A stretch of DNA of 64,000 nt from Candidatus Caldarchaeales archaeon (lineage in GTDB: Archaea; Thermoproteota; Nitrososphaeria_A; Caldarchaeales; Calditenuaceae): positions 160,001 to 224,000 of the forward strand of contig JBCNVM010000001.1 in assembly GCA_039630085.1 (NCBI GenBank). Reading direction: 5' to 3'. The position numbers and the translations under genes were made by a program. The notes beneath the pieces were generated by a model. It was given only the letters and a program-made list of their open reading frames with translations. It was not told the DNA's origin and searched no databases. Shown here piece after piece: positions 18,854 to 29,367 of the stretch; positions within the stretch are counted from its first letter, which is position 1, and each line of letters opens with the position of its first letter.

Positions 18854-19120
18854 ATGTCCGAGGAGCCGATCGACATGATAGTGATCGGGTTCGACGAGCT
18901 CGACAGGGCCCTCGTCTCGCCGACCTCGGGCTCGGGCGACATCGACCTTCCGTCGCTCGTGGGGAAGGAGGTCGTCTACCTCGACTACAACGGCAACCCG
19001 TGGAAGGGAAGGGTCGTAGAGGCCGCGGAGGACGTGCTGACCGTCGAGTTCGAGGCGACAAAAGAGGGGAAGGAGGTTCCGGGGCTAGGCCAAGGGAGCC
19101 TCGTAAGGGTAATCCCGTGA
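18854..19120 (+). CDS. Small hypothetical protein (beta-rich)
   Basis: 88 aa with ATG start; GTATAAAT TATA box ~35 nt upstream; typical codon usage. Confidence 0.7.
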   Translation: MSEEPIDMIVIGFDELDRALVSPTSGSGDIDLPSLVGKEVVYLDYNGNPWKGRVVEAAEDVLTVEFEATKEGKEVPGLGQGSLVRVIP

Positions 19121-19123
19121 GGT

Positions 19124-20539
<1,416 letters not shown>

Positions 20540-20596
20540 GTCCGCGGTCCCTACTGCGCAGCTCCACGAGAAAACCGTTTTACCGGCCGGACCGCC

Positions 20597-21478
20597 TCAG
20601 GGAGCCCTCCTCCCCACCACGACGCCCATCTCCCCGACCCACCTGACCACGAAGCCCGAGGCCCTCATCCTCCTCATCACGCCGACGTGGACCCTCTTCC
20701 CCGACCTCGAGCCGGGGTGGCCGACGTAGTGGACGATCCTCCCGCCGGGCCTCAGGACCCTCGCGAGCTCCCGGTAGAACTCCTCCGAGTAGAGCTCCCC
20801 GGCCAGCGAGAACCTCGGCGGGTCGTGGATCACCGCGTCGAAGTGCGCGCTCGGGAGGTTCCTGACGACCTCGGCGACGTCCCCGAGGATCAGCTCCGAG
20901 CTGCCCGACGAGAGGCCCTCCGACCAGGGGTTCAGCTCCGCGATCGAGAGGACGTTCGGGTCGACCTCGACCGTGACCACCCGCGCGGCGCCCCTCCTCA
21001 GCGCCTCGACCGCCGTGTAGCCGAGCCCCGTGCAGGTGTCGAGGACCGTCCTCCCCTTCAGCGCCCCCAGACGGCCCACCTTCGAGGATGCGTCCTCGGT
21101 GGGGGAGACGCCAGCGACCCTGTGCATGTGGATCCCGTCGACCTCGAGCGTCGGAGCCCTTCCCCTCCCGCAGTTCACCAGCTTGTAGTACCTCCCTGCC
21201 CTCGCCTCGACAGGCACGAGGCCGTCGGCCGTCGCCGCGAAGACAGTCCGCTCGTCCTCCGCGACCTCCTCCAGCTCCTCCCTCCGGACCAGCAGGGGCC
21301 CTATCCGAGCGCCCTCGGCCGTCAGCTCCAGCGCGACCCTCGAGACCCAGAGGTCCAGGCTCGTCGTGACGGTCGGCCGGCCCCGCCCGAGCGCCTCCAG
21401 CAGGTCGACCGCGACCTCAGATGTGATCAGGGGAAGCCTCCTGGGCCTGAACTCCCATCGCTCCCAGGGCATCCGCAC
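20597..21478 (-). CDS. SAM-dependent methyltransferase (COG2521-like)
   Basis: PTLEVDGIHMHR, VLDTCTGLGYTA, IHDPPRFSLAGELYS. Confidence 0.85.
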   Translation of the reverse strand: MRMPWERWEFRPRRLPLITSEVAVDLLEALGRGRPTVTTSLDLWVSRVALELTAEGARIGPLLVRREELEEVAEDERTVFAATADGLVPVEARAGRYYKLVNCGRGRAPTLEVDGIHMHRVAGVSPTEDASSKVGRLGALKGRTVLDTCTGLGYTAVEALRRGAARVVTVEVDPNVLSIAELNPWSEGLSSGSSELILGDVAEVVRNLPSAHFDAVIHDPPRFSLAGELYSEEFYRELARVLRPGGRIVHYVGHPGSRSGKRVHVGVMRRMRASGFVVRWVGEMGVVVGRRAP

Positions 21479-21527
21479 AGTTACATCGGGCAGGCCGGGG
21501 ATAGAGTTGAGCCTCCGTCCGGAGGGG

Positions 21528-22442
21528 TCAAAGGGCCCTCGAGAGCCTCCTGAGCTGTTCCGGCGACGGGTCGACGAGCCACCCGACGACCAGTCCGAAT
21601 CCCATCTCCCCGAGCCTGCCGATCCCGGCCCTAACCTCCTCCGGCCGCCCGAAGACCGTCAGCTCCCTCAGCCCCGCCTCGAGCTCCTGCCCGTCCGCGT
21701 CCCTGTACCTCGGCCTCCTCGAAACGTAAGACCTCATCCTCGACATCGCGGCCTCTGAGGGGTCGCCGACGAAGAGCGGGACGTAGACCGCGACCCTCTC
21801 CCAGATCCTGCCGAAGGCCTCGGCCCAGAGGCGCGAGTCGGCGTCCATCAGGACGAAGGGCACGACCGACCTGATCCAGCCCAGCGAGAGAACGGCCCTC
21901 TCGACGCGCTCGGTCCCGACCATCAGCTCCCTCTCGCGCCCGTTCAGTTCCGCCGCCTCGGTTGCGTAGGACCTCAGGAGCGCACCCGCTCCGGACCGCG
22001 GACCTCCTCCGTCGAGGTAGGCCGGGTGTCCCGCGACGAGGCAGAGCCCGAGGCCCGGCGACTCCGCGATGAGCCTGAGCAGACCCTCGAACCTCTCCCT
22101 CGCGTCCCGCCTCCTCACCGGGACCGTCACGACGAGCCTCGTCGAGTCCGCCTCCTCCGCCAGCATCCCGATCGACCCGAGCGAGAGGTCGTCGACCTCC
22201 CTCTCCGAGTCCAGCACGAGGTGGCTCAGCCCCAAGTCCTTGGAGAGCCTCAGGAGGGAGAGGGCGCTCCGGAGCTTCGACTCCTCGTCGTCACCGAGCG
22301 AGCTGGGCTTCAGGGCGATGCCGACTTGGAAGGCGCCCACCCATCTCGGGGCCTCCAGCTCTCGGGTCTGATTTATCCGTTTACCCGGCCGGAGGCGGTC
22401 GGTCCGTGGGGCCGCGGACTTCTCCCGGACAAGGTCTATCAC
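21528..22442 (-). CDS. Hypothetical protein, possibly luciferase-like TIM barrel
   Basis: C-terminal LTVFGRPEEVRAGIGRL resembles LLM-family tail; otherwise unassigned. Confidence 0.5.
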   Translation of the reverse strand: MIDLVREKSAAPRTDRLRPGKRINQTRELEAPRWVGAFQVGIALKPSSLGDDEESKLRSALSLLRLSKDLGLSHLVLDSEREVDDLSLGSIGMLAEEADSTRLVVTVPVRRRDARERFEGLLRLIAESPGLGLCLVAGHPAYLDGGGPRSGAGALLRSYATEAAELNGRERELMVGTERVERAVLSLGWIRSVVPFVLMDADSRLWAEAFGRIWERVAVYVPLFVGDPSEAAMSRMRSYVSRRPRYRDADGQELEAGLRELTVFGRPEEVRAGIGRLGEMGFGLVVGWLVDPSPEQLRRLSRAL

Positions 22443-22465
22443 GAGGGCAGAGCACCTTAGGGCCG

Positions 22466-23149
22466 ATGGCGAGGCTCAAGTGGTTGGGCCACGCCGCGTG
22501 GCTCATCGAGCTCGACGGGAAGAAGGTGCTGATCGACCCGTTCATCTCCCAGAACCCCGTGGCGCCGGTGAAGCTGGACCAGCTCGAGAGGGTCGACTAC
22601 GTCGTCGTGACGCACGACCACTTCGACCACGTCGGCGACGCCTTCGAGGTCTGCAAGATGTTCGACGCGCTCTTCGTCGGGATCTACGAGCTAAAGGTCA
22701 AGGCGGAACAGAACGGCGTGAGGAGGACCTTCGGGGCGAACGTCGGAGGGACCTTCAACGCCGACGGCCTCAGGGTCACCCTGACACCGGCCATCCACTC
22801 CGGGAACCCGACGGGTGTCGTCCTGCACGGCGAGGAGGCCGTGATCTACCACGCGGGCGACACCGCGCTCTTCGGCGACATGAGGCTGATCGGCCAGCTC
22901 TACCGGCCCGACGTAGCCCTGCTACCCATAGGCTCGCTCTTCACGATGGGCCCGGTCGAGGCGGCGGTCGCTGCCTCCCTGATCAGGCCTAAGGTCATCG
23001 TACCGATGCACTACAACACCTTCGACGCGATCAGGCAGGACCCGAGGGAGTTCGAGAGGCTGGTGAGGGCCAGGGCGAAGGGAGTGAAGGTGGTTGTCCT
23101 GAGCCCCGGCGAGGCCTACGAGTACTCTAGGAAGAGGGCCAAGAGGTGA
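22466..23149 (+). CDS. Metal-dependent hydrolase, MBL fold (UPF0173)
   Basis: WLGHA, IDPF, THDHFDH, YHAGDT, PMHY. Confidence 0.9.
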   Translation: MARLKWLGHAAWLIELDGKKVLIDPFISQNPVAPVKLDQLERVDYVVVTHDHFDHVGDAFEVCKMFDALFVGIYELKVKAEQNGVRRTFGANVGGTFNADGLRVTLTPAIHSGNPTGVVLHGEEAVIYHAGDTALFGDMRLIGQLYRPDVALLPIGSLFTMGPVEAAVAASLIRPKVIVPMHYNTFDAIRQDPREFERLVRARAKGVKVVVLSPGEAYEYSRKRAKR

Positions 23150-23158
23150 GCCGAGCGG

Positions 23159-24151
23159 TCAGGAGCCTCCCGAGAGGACCCTCGAGAACTCCTCCGGCGA
23201 GATGTTGCCACCGGTTAGCATCAGGACCACCTTCCTCCCGGAGATCTCCCGCCTCAGCTTGAACGCCGCCGCCGTCGCAGCTGCGCCCGCGAGCTCCGCG
23301 ACCTGCCTCACCGACCAGTAGAGGGCCCTGATCGCCTCCTCCATCTCCCCGTCGCTCACGACCACGACGTCCTTCAGCGCCCCCCCGAGGATCTCGAAGG
23401 GCACCTTGTACGTCCTCGCGACCGCCAGCCCCTCCGCCTTGGTCGAGACGCCGGGGAGGTTCACGAGCTCCCCCGACTTGAAGGACCTGTAGAAGGCGTC
23501 CGCGCCCTCAGCCTGAACGCCGTAGATCTCGATGCTCGGGTCGACGGACCTGTAGACCGAGACCGCGCCTATCGCGCCCGTCCCGCCGCCGATCGGGTTG
23601 ACGACCACCTCAACGTCAGGTAACTGCTCGAGCACCTCGAGGTGCATCGTAGCGACGCCGACGTGCAGCAGCCTCTCCTCGATCGCGTGGACGTAGAAGT
23701 ACCCCAGCTCCCGAGCGAGCTCCTCGGCGTACTCGGCGGCCTCGTCGTAGTAGGACCCGTACCTTATCACCTCGGCCCCGAGCTCCTCCACCGCCTCGAC
23801 CTTCACCCTCGAGACCCAGGAGGGCATCACCACCTTCACCGGGACGCCGAAGATGGACCCGGCGTAGGCGATCGACTGGGCGTGGTTCCCCATCGACGCG
23901 GTAACGACCCCCTTCAGTCCCCTCTCGCTCATCGTCCGCATGAAGTGGATCCCTCCCCGGACCTTGAAGGAGAAGGTCGGGTTGAGGTTCTCGAGCTTGA
24001 CGTAGACATCGGCTCCCAGCGCCCTCGAGAGCCTCCTCGAGCTGACCAGCGGCGTCTCGTTGAGGTACCTCCTGAGCTCCCTCTTGGCCCTGATGACCTC
24101 TCCCAGAGGTGGAGGCTCGGGCTTGGGTCCGTGTCCGGGGAGCGAAGTCAA
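23159..24151 (-). CDS. Threonine/serine dehydratase (PLP)
   Basis: KLENLNPTFSFKVRG, ASMGNHAQ, PIGGG, TGGN. Confidence 0.88.
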   Translation of the reverse strand: MTSLPGHGPKPEPPPLGEVIRAKRELRRYLNETPLVSSRRLSRALGADVYVKLENLNPTFSFKVRGGIHFMRTMSERGLKGVVTASMGNHAQSIAYAGSIFGVPVKVVMPSWVSRVKVEAVEELGAEVIRYGSYYDEAAEYAEELARELGYFYVHAIEERLLHVGVATMHLEVLEQLPDVEVVVNPIGGGTGAIGAVSVYRSVDPSIEIYGVQAEGADAFYRSFKSGELVNLPGVSTKAEGLAVARTYKVPFEILGGALKDVVVVSDGEMEEAIRALYWSVRQVAELAGAAATAAAFKLRREISGRKVVLMLTGGNISPEEFSRVLSGGS

Positions 24152-25161
24152 GGCTTCAGGATTATCTTCCCGAAGTGCTCCGACGCCTCCATCCTCCTGT
24201 GGGCCTCCCGGGCCTCCTCCAGCCTGAAGACCCTGTCGATCAGCGCCCTGAGCCTCCCCTCTGAGAAGAGCCTGAGGAGCCTGAGCAGGTCCGGCTTGCT
24301 GCCAACTCCCGCGCCGATCACGTGGTGCCTCCTGTTGTAGAGCGCCCTGATGTCGATACCCACGTCCTGGCCCGTCGTCGCACCAACCGTCACGAGCCTC
24401 CCCTTCAGCCCCAGCGACCTGAGCGCGGTCTGCCAGAAGTCCTTCCCCGCGTGCTCGAAGACGACGTCGACTCCCCTCCCGTTGGTGAGCTCCATCACCT
24501 CCTTCACCACGTCAGACTTCCTCCTGTTGATCACGTGGTCAGCCCCGACCTTGAAGGCCGCCTCGACCTTATCGTCGCTCCCGACCGTCGCGATAACCCT
24601 GCAGCCGTGGAGCTTCGCGATCTGAATAGCCGCGTAACCGACGCCGCTACCCGCCCCCACCACTAACACCGTGTCTGTCGGCCTGATCGCCGCGGCCCTG
24701 ACCAGCGCGTCCCACGACGTCAGGAAGTTGACCGGAATCGAGGCGGCCTCCTCGAACGACAAGTTGAACGGGATTTCGACGAGCGCCCTGCTCGGGACCG
24801 AGACCATCTCCGCGTAACCTCCCCACCTGTGCTGCCCGACCCGCTCCATCTTAGGGCAGAGGTTCTCCTCACCTGCCGCGCAGAGCTCACACCTCCCGCA
24901 CCCGACGTTCGGGTAGACCAGCACCCTGTCGCCAGGCCTGAACGCTCCCGACGGGTCTTCCAGTACCGTCCCAGCGACGTCGACTCCGAGGACGAGCGGG
25001 AGCTTCGTCGGGTAGAGGCCAGACCTGAGCCAGACGTCTATCCTGTTGACGCCGGTCGCCTCGACCCTGACCACCGCCTCGCCGGGCCTCCGGGGCAGCT
25101 CGACCTCCTTCGTCTCGAGGACCTCCGGACCTCCGGGCCTCTCGAAGACCGAAGCCTTCAC
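24148..25161 (-). CDS. Zinc-binding alcohol dehydrogenase / quinone oxidoreductase family
   Basis: GGPEVL, CGRCELC..C, GAGSGVG, HFGKIIL; GTG 25161 lies ~25 nt downstream of a TTAAAT box. Confidence 0.88.
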   Translation of the reverse strand: MKASVFERPGGPEVLETKEVELPRRPGEAVVRVEATGVNRIDVWLRSGLYPTKLPLVLGVDVAGTVLEDPSGAFRPGDRVLVYPNVGCGRCELCAAGEENLCPKMERVGQHRWGGYAEMVSVPSRALVEIPFNLSFEEAASIPVNFLTSWDALVRAAAIRPTDTVLVVGAGSGVGYAAIQIAKLHGCRVIATVGSDDKVEAAFKVGADHVINRRKSDVVKEVMELTNGRGVDVVFEHAGKDFWQTALRSLGLKGRLVTVGATTGQDVGIDIRALYNRRHHVIGAGVGSKPDLLRLLRLFSEGRLRALIDRVFRLEEAREAHRRMEASEHFGKIILKP

Positions 25162-25201
25162 GTTGTTTCGCGTTACCAAGAGGATTTAAGGTGACCGGTG
25201 G

Positions 25202-25287
25202 CTTTCGGTCCTCTTCGTGAGGTTCAGAGTTCTTAGCCCGTTTAAACGCCTGAAGAACTTCGACTTTCAATCCTCTTCGTGAGGTTC
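25202..25287 (-). CRISPR. Orphan mini CRISPR array: two 24-nt repeats and one 38-nt spacer (possible third degenerate repeat at 25327-25349)
   Basis: Repeats 25202-25225 and 25264-25287 are identical at 22/24 nt; minus strand GAACCTCACGAAGAGGATTGAAAG has the archaeal ATTGAAAG end; AT-rich leader-like region at 25377-25405; no cas genes in window. Confidence 0.75.
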
Positions 25288-25469
25288 CGGAGAGGCGAGC
25301 CCAATTTCCCCTCTCCGAGCCTCGGCGAGCCAATCCCCGTCTGGGATTCTGCGATGGTGCGCCTTCTGCGGCGCGGTATAAAAAGTGAAAAACGACAATT
25401 TAAACGTAACTCACCCAACGTCTCCCTCACCATCGGGGCAGGTGCTCCCTCCGCTCGCGTTCAGGTTTT

Positions 25470-26231
25470 ATGCCGCCGGAGAGAACGGCCGCCGAGAGGG
25501 GCCGCGGCTTGCTCGGCCGCGATTCCAGACCCGACAGGAAGGTAAGGGCGGTCCTCTTCGACCTCTTCGGGACGCTTGTCCCCAGGTACCCGGTAGAGGG
25601 GCACAGGGAGAGCCTGAGGAGGATGGGCGAGGTCCTTGGCGTGGACTGGACGAGGTTCGCCGAGGCTTGGGTCTCGAGGCTCGAGGAGCGGATCAGGGGC
25701 TCGTGCAGGGAGGTCGGGGAGTGCATCAGGAGGGTCCTCGAGGAGATCGGCGCGGAGGCAGAGGACCGGAGGCTCTCCGAGGCCGCGAGGATAAGGCTCG
25801 AGTTCGTGAGGTCCTGCGTCGTGCCCTTCGGGGACGTGGAGCCCTCGATCAGGGAGCTGAGGTCGATGGGCCTGAGGATCGGCATCCTCTCCAACTCCTC
25901 CCCCGAGGTCCCCGGGATCTGGAGGTCCCTCGAGGTCTCGAGGCTCGTCGACGTCCACGTCTTCTCCTGCGAGGTGGGGATCGCGAAGCCCGACCCGAGG
26001 GCCTTCCGCATCGCGTCCAGCATGCTCGGCGTCAACCCAGAGGAGGTGGTCTTCGTCAGCGACGGCCCCCTCGCGGAGCTTGAGGAGGCGAGGAGGGTGG
26101 GGATGCGGTCCGTGATGATCGACAGGTACGGGACTCCCGTCGGGTGGGACGGAGAGGTCGTGAGGGACCTCAGGGAGCTCGTGGAGAAGATGAGGGGAAA
26201 GCCCGGAGTCAGTCCAAGAGGTTCGTCTTAG
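25470..26231 (+). CDS. HAD-superfamily hydrolase
   Basis: AVLFDLFGTL, GILSN, AKPDPRAF, VFVSD. Confidence 0.88.
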   Translation: MPPERTAAERGRGLLGRDSRPDRKVRAVLFDLFGTLVPRYPVEGHRESLRRMGEVLGVDWTRFAEAWVSRLEERIRGSCREVGECIRRVLEEIGAEAEDRRLSEAARIRLEFVRSCVVPFGDVEPSIRELRSMGLRIGILSNSSPEVPGIWRSLEVSRLVDVHVFSCEVGIAKPDPRAFRIASSMLGVNPEEVVFVSDGPLAELEEARRVGMRSVMIDRYGTPVGWDGEVVRDLRELVEKMRGKPGVSPRGSS

Positions 26232-27292
26232 CCTCCCAGCTCTTCGAGCAGCCTCTCGATGTCCTCCGAGGCGCCCTCCGACCCGACCCTCGCGATCGGC
26301 GCCTTTTGCTCCTCCCTGGCCGGCGTCCTGAGCAGTGGCGCGACGGGACCCCTCACGTATGCTCCTCCCGCGAGTATCAGCGAGACGTGGAGCGTCGAGC
26401 CGTACCTCCTGTCGACCCTCGCTCCCCAGATCACCAAGCCCTCCTCGCCCATCAGCTCCGAGACGATCTCTCCAGGCCTCGTGGCGTCCTTCAGCTTCAT
26501 GTCCTCTCCGCCGCTGACGTGGACGATCGCCGCGCTTATTCCGTCGATGGTCCCCTCGAGTAGCGGCGACTGGAGCGCGTTGAAGGTCGCCTCCTCGGCC
26601 CTGTTCGGGGAGCTGCTCTTCCCCAGCCCGATCGTCGCGATCCTCCCCCTGCTCACGACCGCCTTGAAGTCCTCGAAGTCGATGTTGATCAGGCTCGGCT
26701 TGACCAGGGACTCGGAGATGCTGAGGACCATGTTGTGGATCACCTCGTCAGCGACCGCGAAGGCCGAGTTCAGGTCGTACTGCGGATAGAGGTCGAGGAG
26801 CCTGTTGTTGTCGATGATCACGACTGTGTTACAGACCTTCTGGAGCTCGTCGAGCCCCCTCATCGCGACCCTCCTCCTCACCGCGCCCTCGAACCTGAAC
26901 GGCAGCGTCACCACTCCCACCACGATCGAGCCCTGGTCCATCGCGGCCTTCGCCACCAGAGGCGCGGCTCCGGTCCCGGTCCCGCCCCCGAGCCCCGCGG
27001 TCACGAAGACCAAGTCCGCTCCGTCGAGCGCGGCCCTGATCTCGTCGAGGGACTCCTCCGCCGCAAGCCTTCCCATCTCGGGGTTCCCTCCGGTCCCGTG
27101 CCTCCTCGAGACGGTCGGGCCCAGCAGGATCTTCTGGTGCGACTTGATCAGGTCCAAGTGCTGCTTGTCGGTGTTCGCGGCTATGGTATAGACGTCCGAT
27201 ATGCCGACGTCCATCAGCCTGTGTACCGCGTTCGAGCCCGCGCCCCCGACGCCTATCAGCTTGATCCTGATCGCCGACTCGAGCTCACTCAA
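26228..27292 (-). CDS. ftsZ: Cell division GTPase FtsZ
   Basis: GVGGAGSNAV, ANTD, GLGGGTGTG, TLPFRFEG, T7 loop LINIDFED, IWGAR. Confidence 0.95.
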   Translation of the reverse strand: MSELESAIRIKLIGVGGAGSNAVHRLMDVGISDVYTIAANTDKQHLDLIKSHQKILLGPTVSRRHGTGGNPEMGRLAAEESLDEIRAALDGADLVFVTAGLGGGTGTGAAPLVAKAAMDQGSIVVGVVTLPFRFEGAVRRRVAMRGLDELQKVCNTVVIIDNNRLLDLYPQYDLNSAFAVADEVIHNMVLSISESLVKPSLINIDFEDFKAVVSRGRIATIGLGKSSSPNRAEEATFNALQSPLLEGTIDGISAAIVHVSGGEDMKLKDATRPGEIVSELMGEEGLVIWGARVDRRYGSTLHVSLILAGGAYVRGPVAPLLRTPAREEQKAPIARVGSEGASEDIERLLEELGG

Positions 27293-27434
27293 CCCCGAAC
27301 TTCGCCTCCGTCCTGATGAAGTCCCTTACCGCCATCCTGATGGCCTCCGCCCTGTTCGGATACCTCTTCGCCTTCACCAGCGCGTCGATCGCGTCAATGT
27401 ACGCCTCCGGCAGGTGAACGGTCACCACGCGCAC
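27285..27434 (-). CDS. Ribbon-helix-helix regulator, CdrS-like
   Basis: MRVVTVHLPEAYIDAIDALVKAKRYPNRAEAIRMAVRDFI; overlaps ftsZ start by 8 nt. Confidence 0.85.
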   Translation of the reverse strand: MRVVTVHLPEAYIDAIDALVKAKRYPNRAEAIRMAVRDFIRTEAKFGVE

Positions 27435-27662
27435 CCTCCCATCACCTCGAGGGGTCGTGTGAAGGTGAATCCGAGAAAAGCGTTTCAACGATCGGCTCAA
27501 ATACGATTAGCGAGCGATTTCCAGTACTTCCGCTCTTCCGTTCCATCTTTTGATAATCCGCTCCCACTTTCGGGCCACATCCTTCTCAGTCCATGAGAAC
27601 GCTGCGAACCGGCCGTTATGGCCAATAGAATTATGACTTCGACGAACGCGCGTTCACCGAGA

Positions 27663-28043
27663 GTGAGGAGAGCTCGCGGACCTGAACTCGTCGAGTCGGA
27701 GTGGTCGGAGATCCAGGCGCTGGTCGATGAGCTGAACCAGCTCGGAAAGGCCGTGCTCGTCGAGGGGAGGACGGACGCGGAGGCGCTGAGGTCCGCGGGC
27801 GTGAAGTGCGAAGTCCTAACGCTCTCCGAGTTCGATGAGCAGGTCGTCAGGGGAGAATTGAGCGAAGTCGTCGTCCTGACGGACCTCGACCGGGAGGGAG
27901 AGGCTCACCTGAGGAGGCTTACGCGCAGACATGGCGGATCCGTCAAGCTGTTAACGGGCCAGAGGGAGAGATTGAGGAGGACCTTGAGGTACAGGCGCGG
28001 GATGAGGAGCGTCTCCGAGCTCTTCAGGCCTCCAAGGAGCTGA
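27663..28043 (+). CDS. Stand-alone Toprim domain protein
   Basis: VLVEGRTD and VLTDLDREG motifs; start uncertain (27618 or 27663). Confidence 0.82.
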   Translation: MRRARGPELVESEWSEIQALVDELNQLGKAVLVEGRTDAEALRSAGVKCEVLTLSEFDEQVVRGELSEVVVLTDLDREGEAHLRRLTRRHGGSVKLLTGQRERLRRTLRYRRGMRSVSELFRPPRS

Positions 28044-29238
28044 GGAAGGCCTCGGCCGCGCCTCCGACGTCCGGCCTTCTCCCCGTCAGGTCCCCGACCG
28101 CCATCCCGATCGCAGCGATCGTGGGGAGCAGGTACCTCGCCGTCGCGGTGACGCCCATGTGCCCTACCCTGACAGCGCTCCCGTAGGAGCTCCCGAGTCC
28201 GTTGGCCAGCATGATGCCGTACCGCTCGAGCACGACGTCGATCAGCTCCTCCGCCCTTCCCCTCAGGTTATCCGGGAGGACGAGGCTCGTGACCGTGGGC
28301 GCCGCGATGTCCTCGGACTCGGCCATCGGCCTGAGGCCCATCGCGGACGCGGCCCTCCTGAACGCCCTCGAGGCCCTCACGTGTCTCCTCTCCCTCTCCT
28401 CCAGGCCCTCCTCGAGCGCGACCTCCGCGGCCTCGATGAACGCGAGGACCGCGTACGGGTTGATCGTCGTCGAGTACGGATGCCCGTCGGGGCCCCAGAG
28501 GTCGTGGTACCGCTTGAAGACCTTCGGGTTCGCGATCCAGCCCTCGTCGTCGGCGAACCTCTCGAGCGAGTTCCATATCTCCTCCCTGACGTAAAGCGGC
28601 GTCGCGCCGGGAACGCTGTTGAGGCACTTGTTCGGGTGGCCGACGCAGACGTCGATCCCCAAGTCCTCGACTCCGATGGGCAGGGCGCCGTAGGAAGCTA
28701 TCGCGTCGCAGACGAACTGCAAGCCGTGCTCCCTCGCGATCCTCGCGAGCTCCCCGGTGTTGTGGATCACGCCGGTCGCGGTCTCGACGTGGACCGACAG
28801 GAGGCACCTCGCGTCGCGGTTGCGCTTGACCGCGTCCTCGACCTGCTCCGGGGAAGGGACGCCCCCCTCGGGCGCCTCGACCACGACGGCCCTGCCGCCG
28901 ATCGACCTGACCAGCTCCGCCAGCCTGTAGCCCCAGAAGCCGCTCGCGAGCACGACAGCCTTCTCTCCCCTCCTGAGGACCGCCCTCGTCCCGAGCTCAA
29001 GAGCGAGCGACCCGGGCCCCGGCACGATCAACGTCCTCCCCCTTCTCGCGCCGAAGAGCTCCGCGGCCAGCCCGATCGCCCTCTCTATCTTCTCCTTCCA
29101 GACCTCGCCGTAGTGGGGGTAAGACCTCTCGACCGCGGCCCTCCTGACCCTCGGGTGGAGCTCTGTCGGTCCGGGTATTAATAGGACTACATCTGAGCTC
29201 CAGAGGCCTCTCGCCCTGTTCGCGGCCATCGCTTCCAC
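28024..29238 (-). CDS. Class V aminotransferase (alanine-glyoxylate / serine-pyruvate type)
   Basis: LLIPGPT, VHVETATG, DAIASYG, PNKCL, RVGHMG. Confidence 0.88.
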   Translation of the reverse strand: MEAMAANRARGLWSSDVVLLIPGPTELHPRVRRAAVERSYPHYGEVWKEKIERAIGLAAELFGARRGRTLIVPGPGSLALELGTRAVLRRGEKAVVLASGFWGYRLAELVRSIGGRAVVVEAPEGGVPSPEQVEDAVKRNRDARCLLSVHVETATGVIHNTGELARIAREHGLQFVCDAIASYGALPIGVEDLGIDVCVGHPNKCLNSVPGATPLYVREEIWNSLERFADDEGWIANPKVFKRYHDLWGPDGHPYSTTINPYAVLAFIEAAEVALEEGLEERERRHVRASRAFRRAASAMGLRPMAESEDIAAPTVTSLVLPDNLRGRAEELIDVVLERYGIMLANGLGSSYGSAVRVGHMGVTATARYLLPTIAAIGMAVGDLTGRRPDVGGAAEAFLSSLEA

Positions 29239-29272
29239 CGCCTCCTCCGAGCGTTCTCATTAGTGTTGTCTG

Positions 29273-29367
29273 CGGGCCCGCCGGGACTTGAACCCGGGAC
29301 CTCTGGCTCTCCCCACCGATGACCTCTTGCCGAAGGCCAGCGCTCCGTCCTGCTGAGCTACGGGCCC
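29273..29367 (-). tRNA. tRNA-Arg(TCG) with 21-nt intron at canonical position 37/38
   Basis: GGGCCCG acceptor stem, GCTC/GAGC D stem, CTGGC/GCCAG anticodon stem with CT-TCG-G, intron 29309-29329, CCGGG-TTCAAGT-CCCGG T arm; CCA not encoded. Confidence 0.92.

Noticed and set aside
16945-18942. 665-aa minus-strand ORF, and many similar long antisense or alternate-frame ORFs
   Set aside because: Shadow ORFs of real genes caused by high GC and stop-codon scarcity; Arg/Pro/Gly-rich with no motifs
25399-25406. TTTAAACG shared between the spacer and the array's own leader region
   Set aside because: Only 8 nt in AT-rich promoter context; too short to claim self-targeting without further evidence
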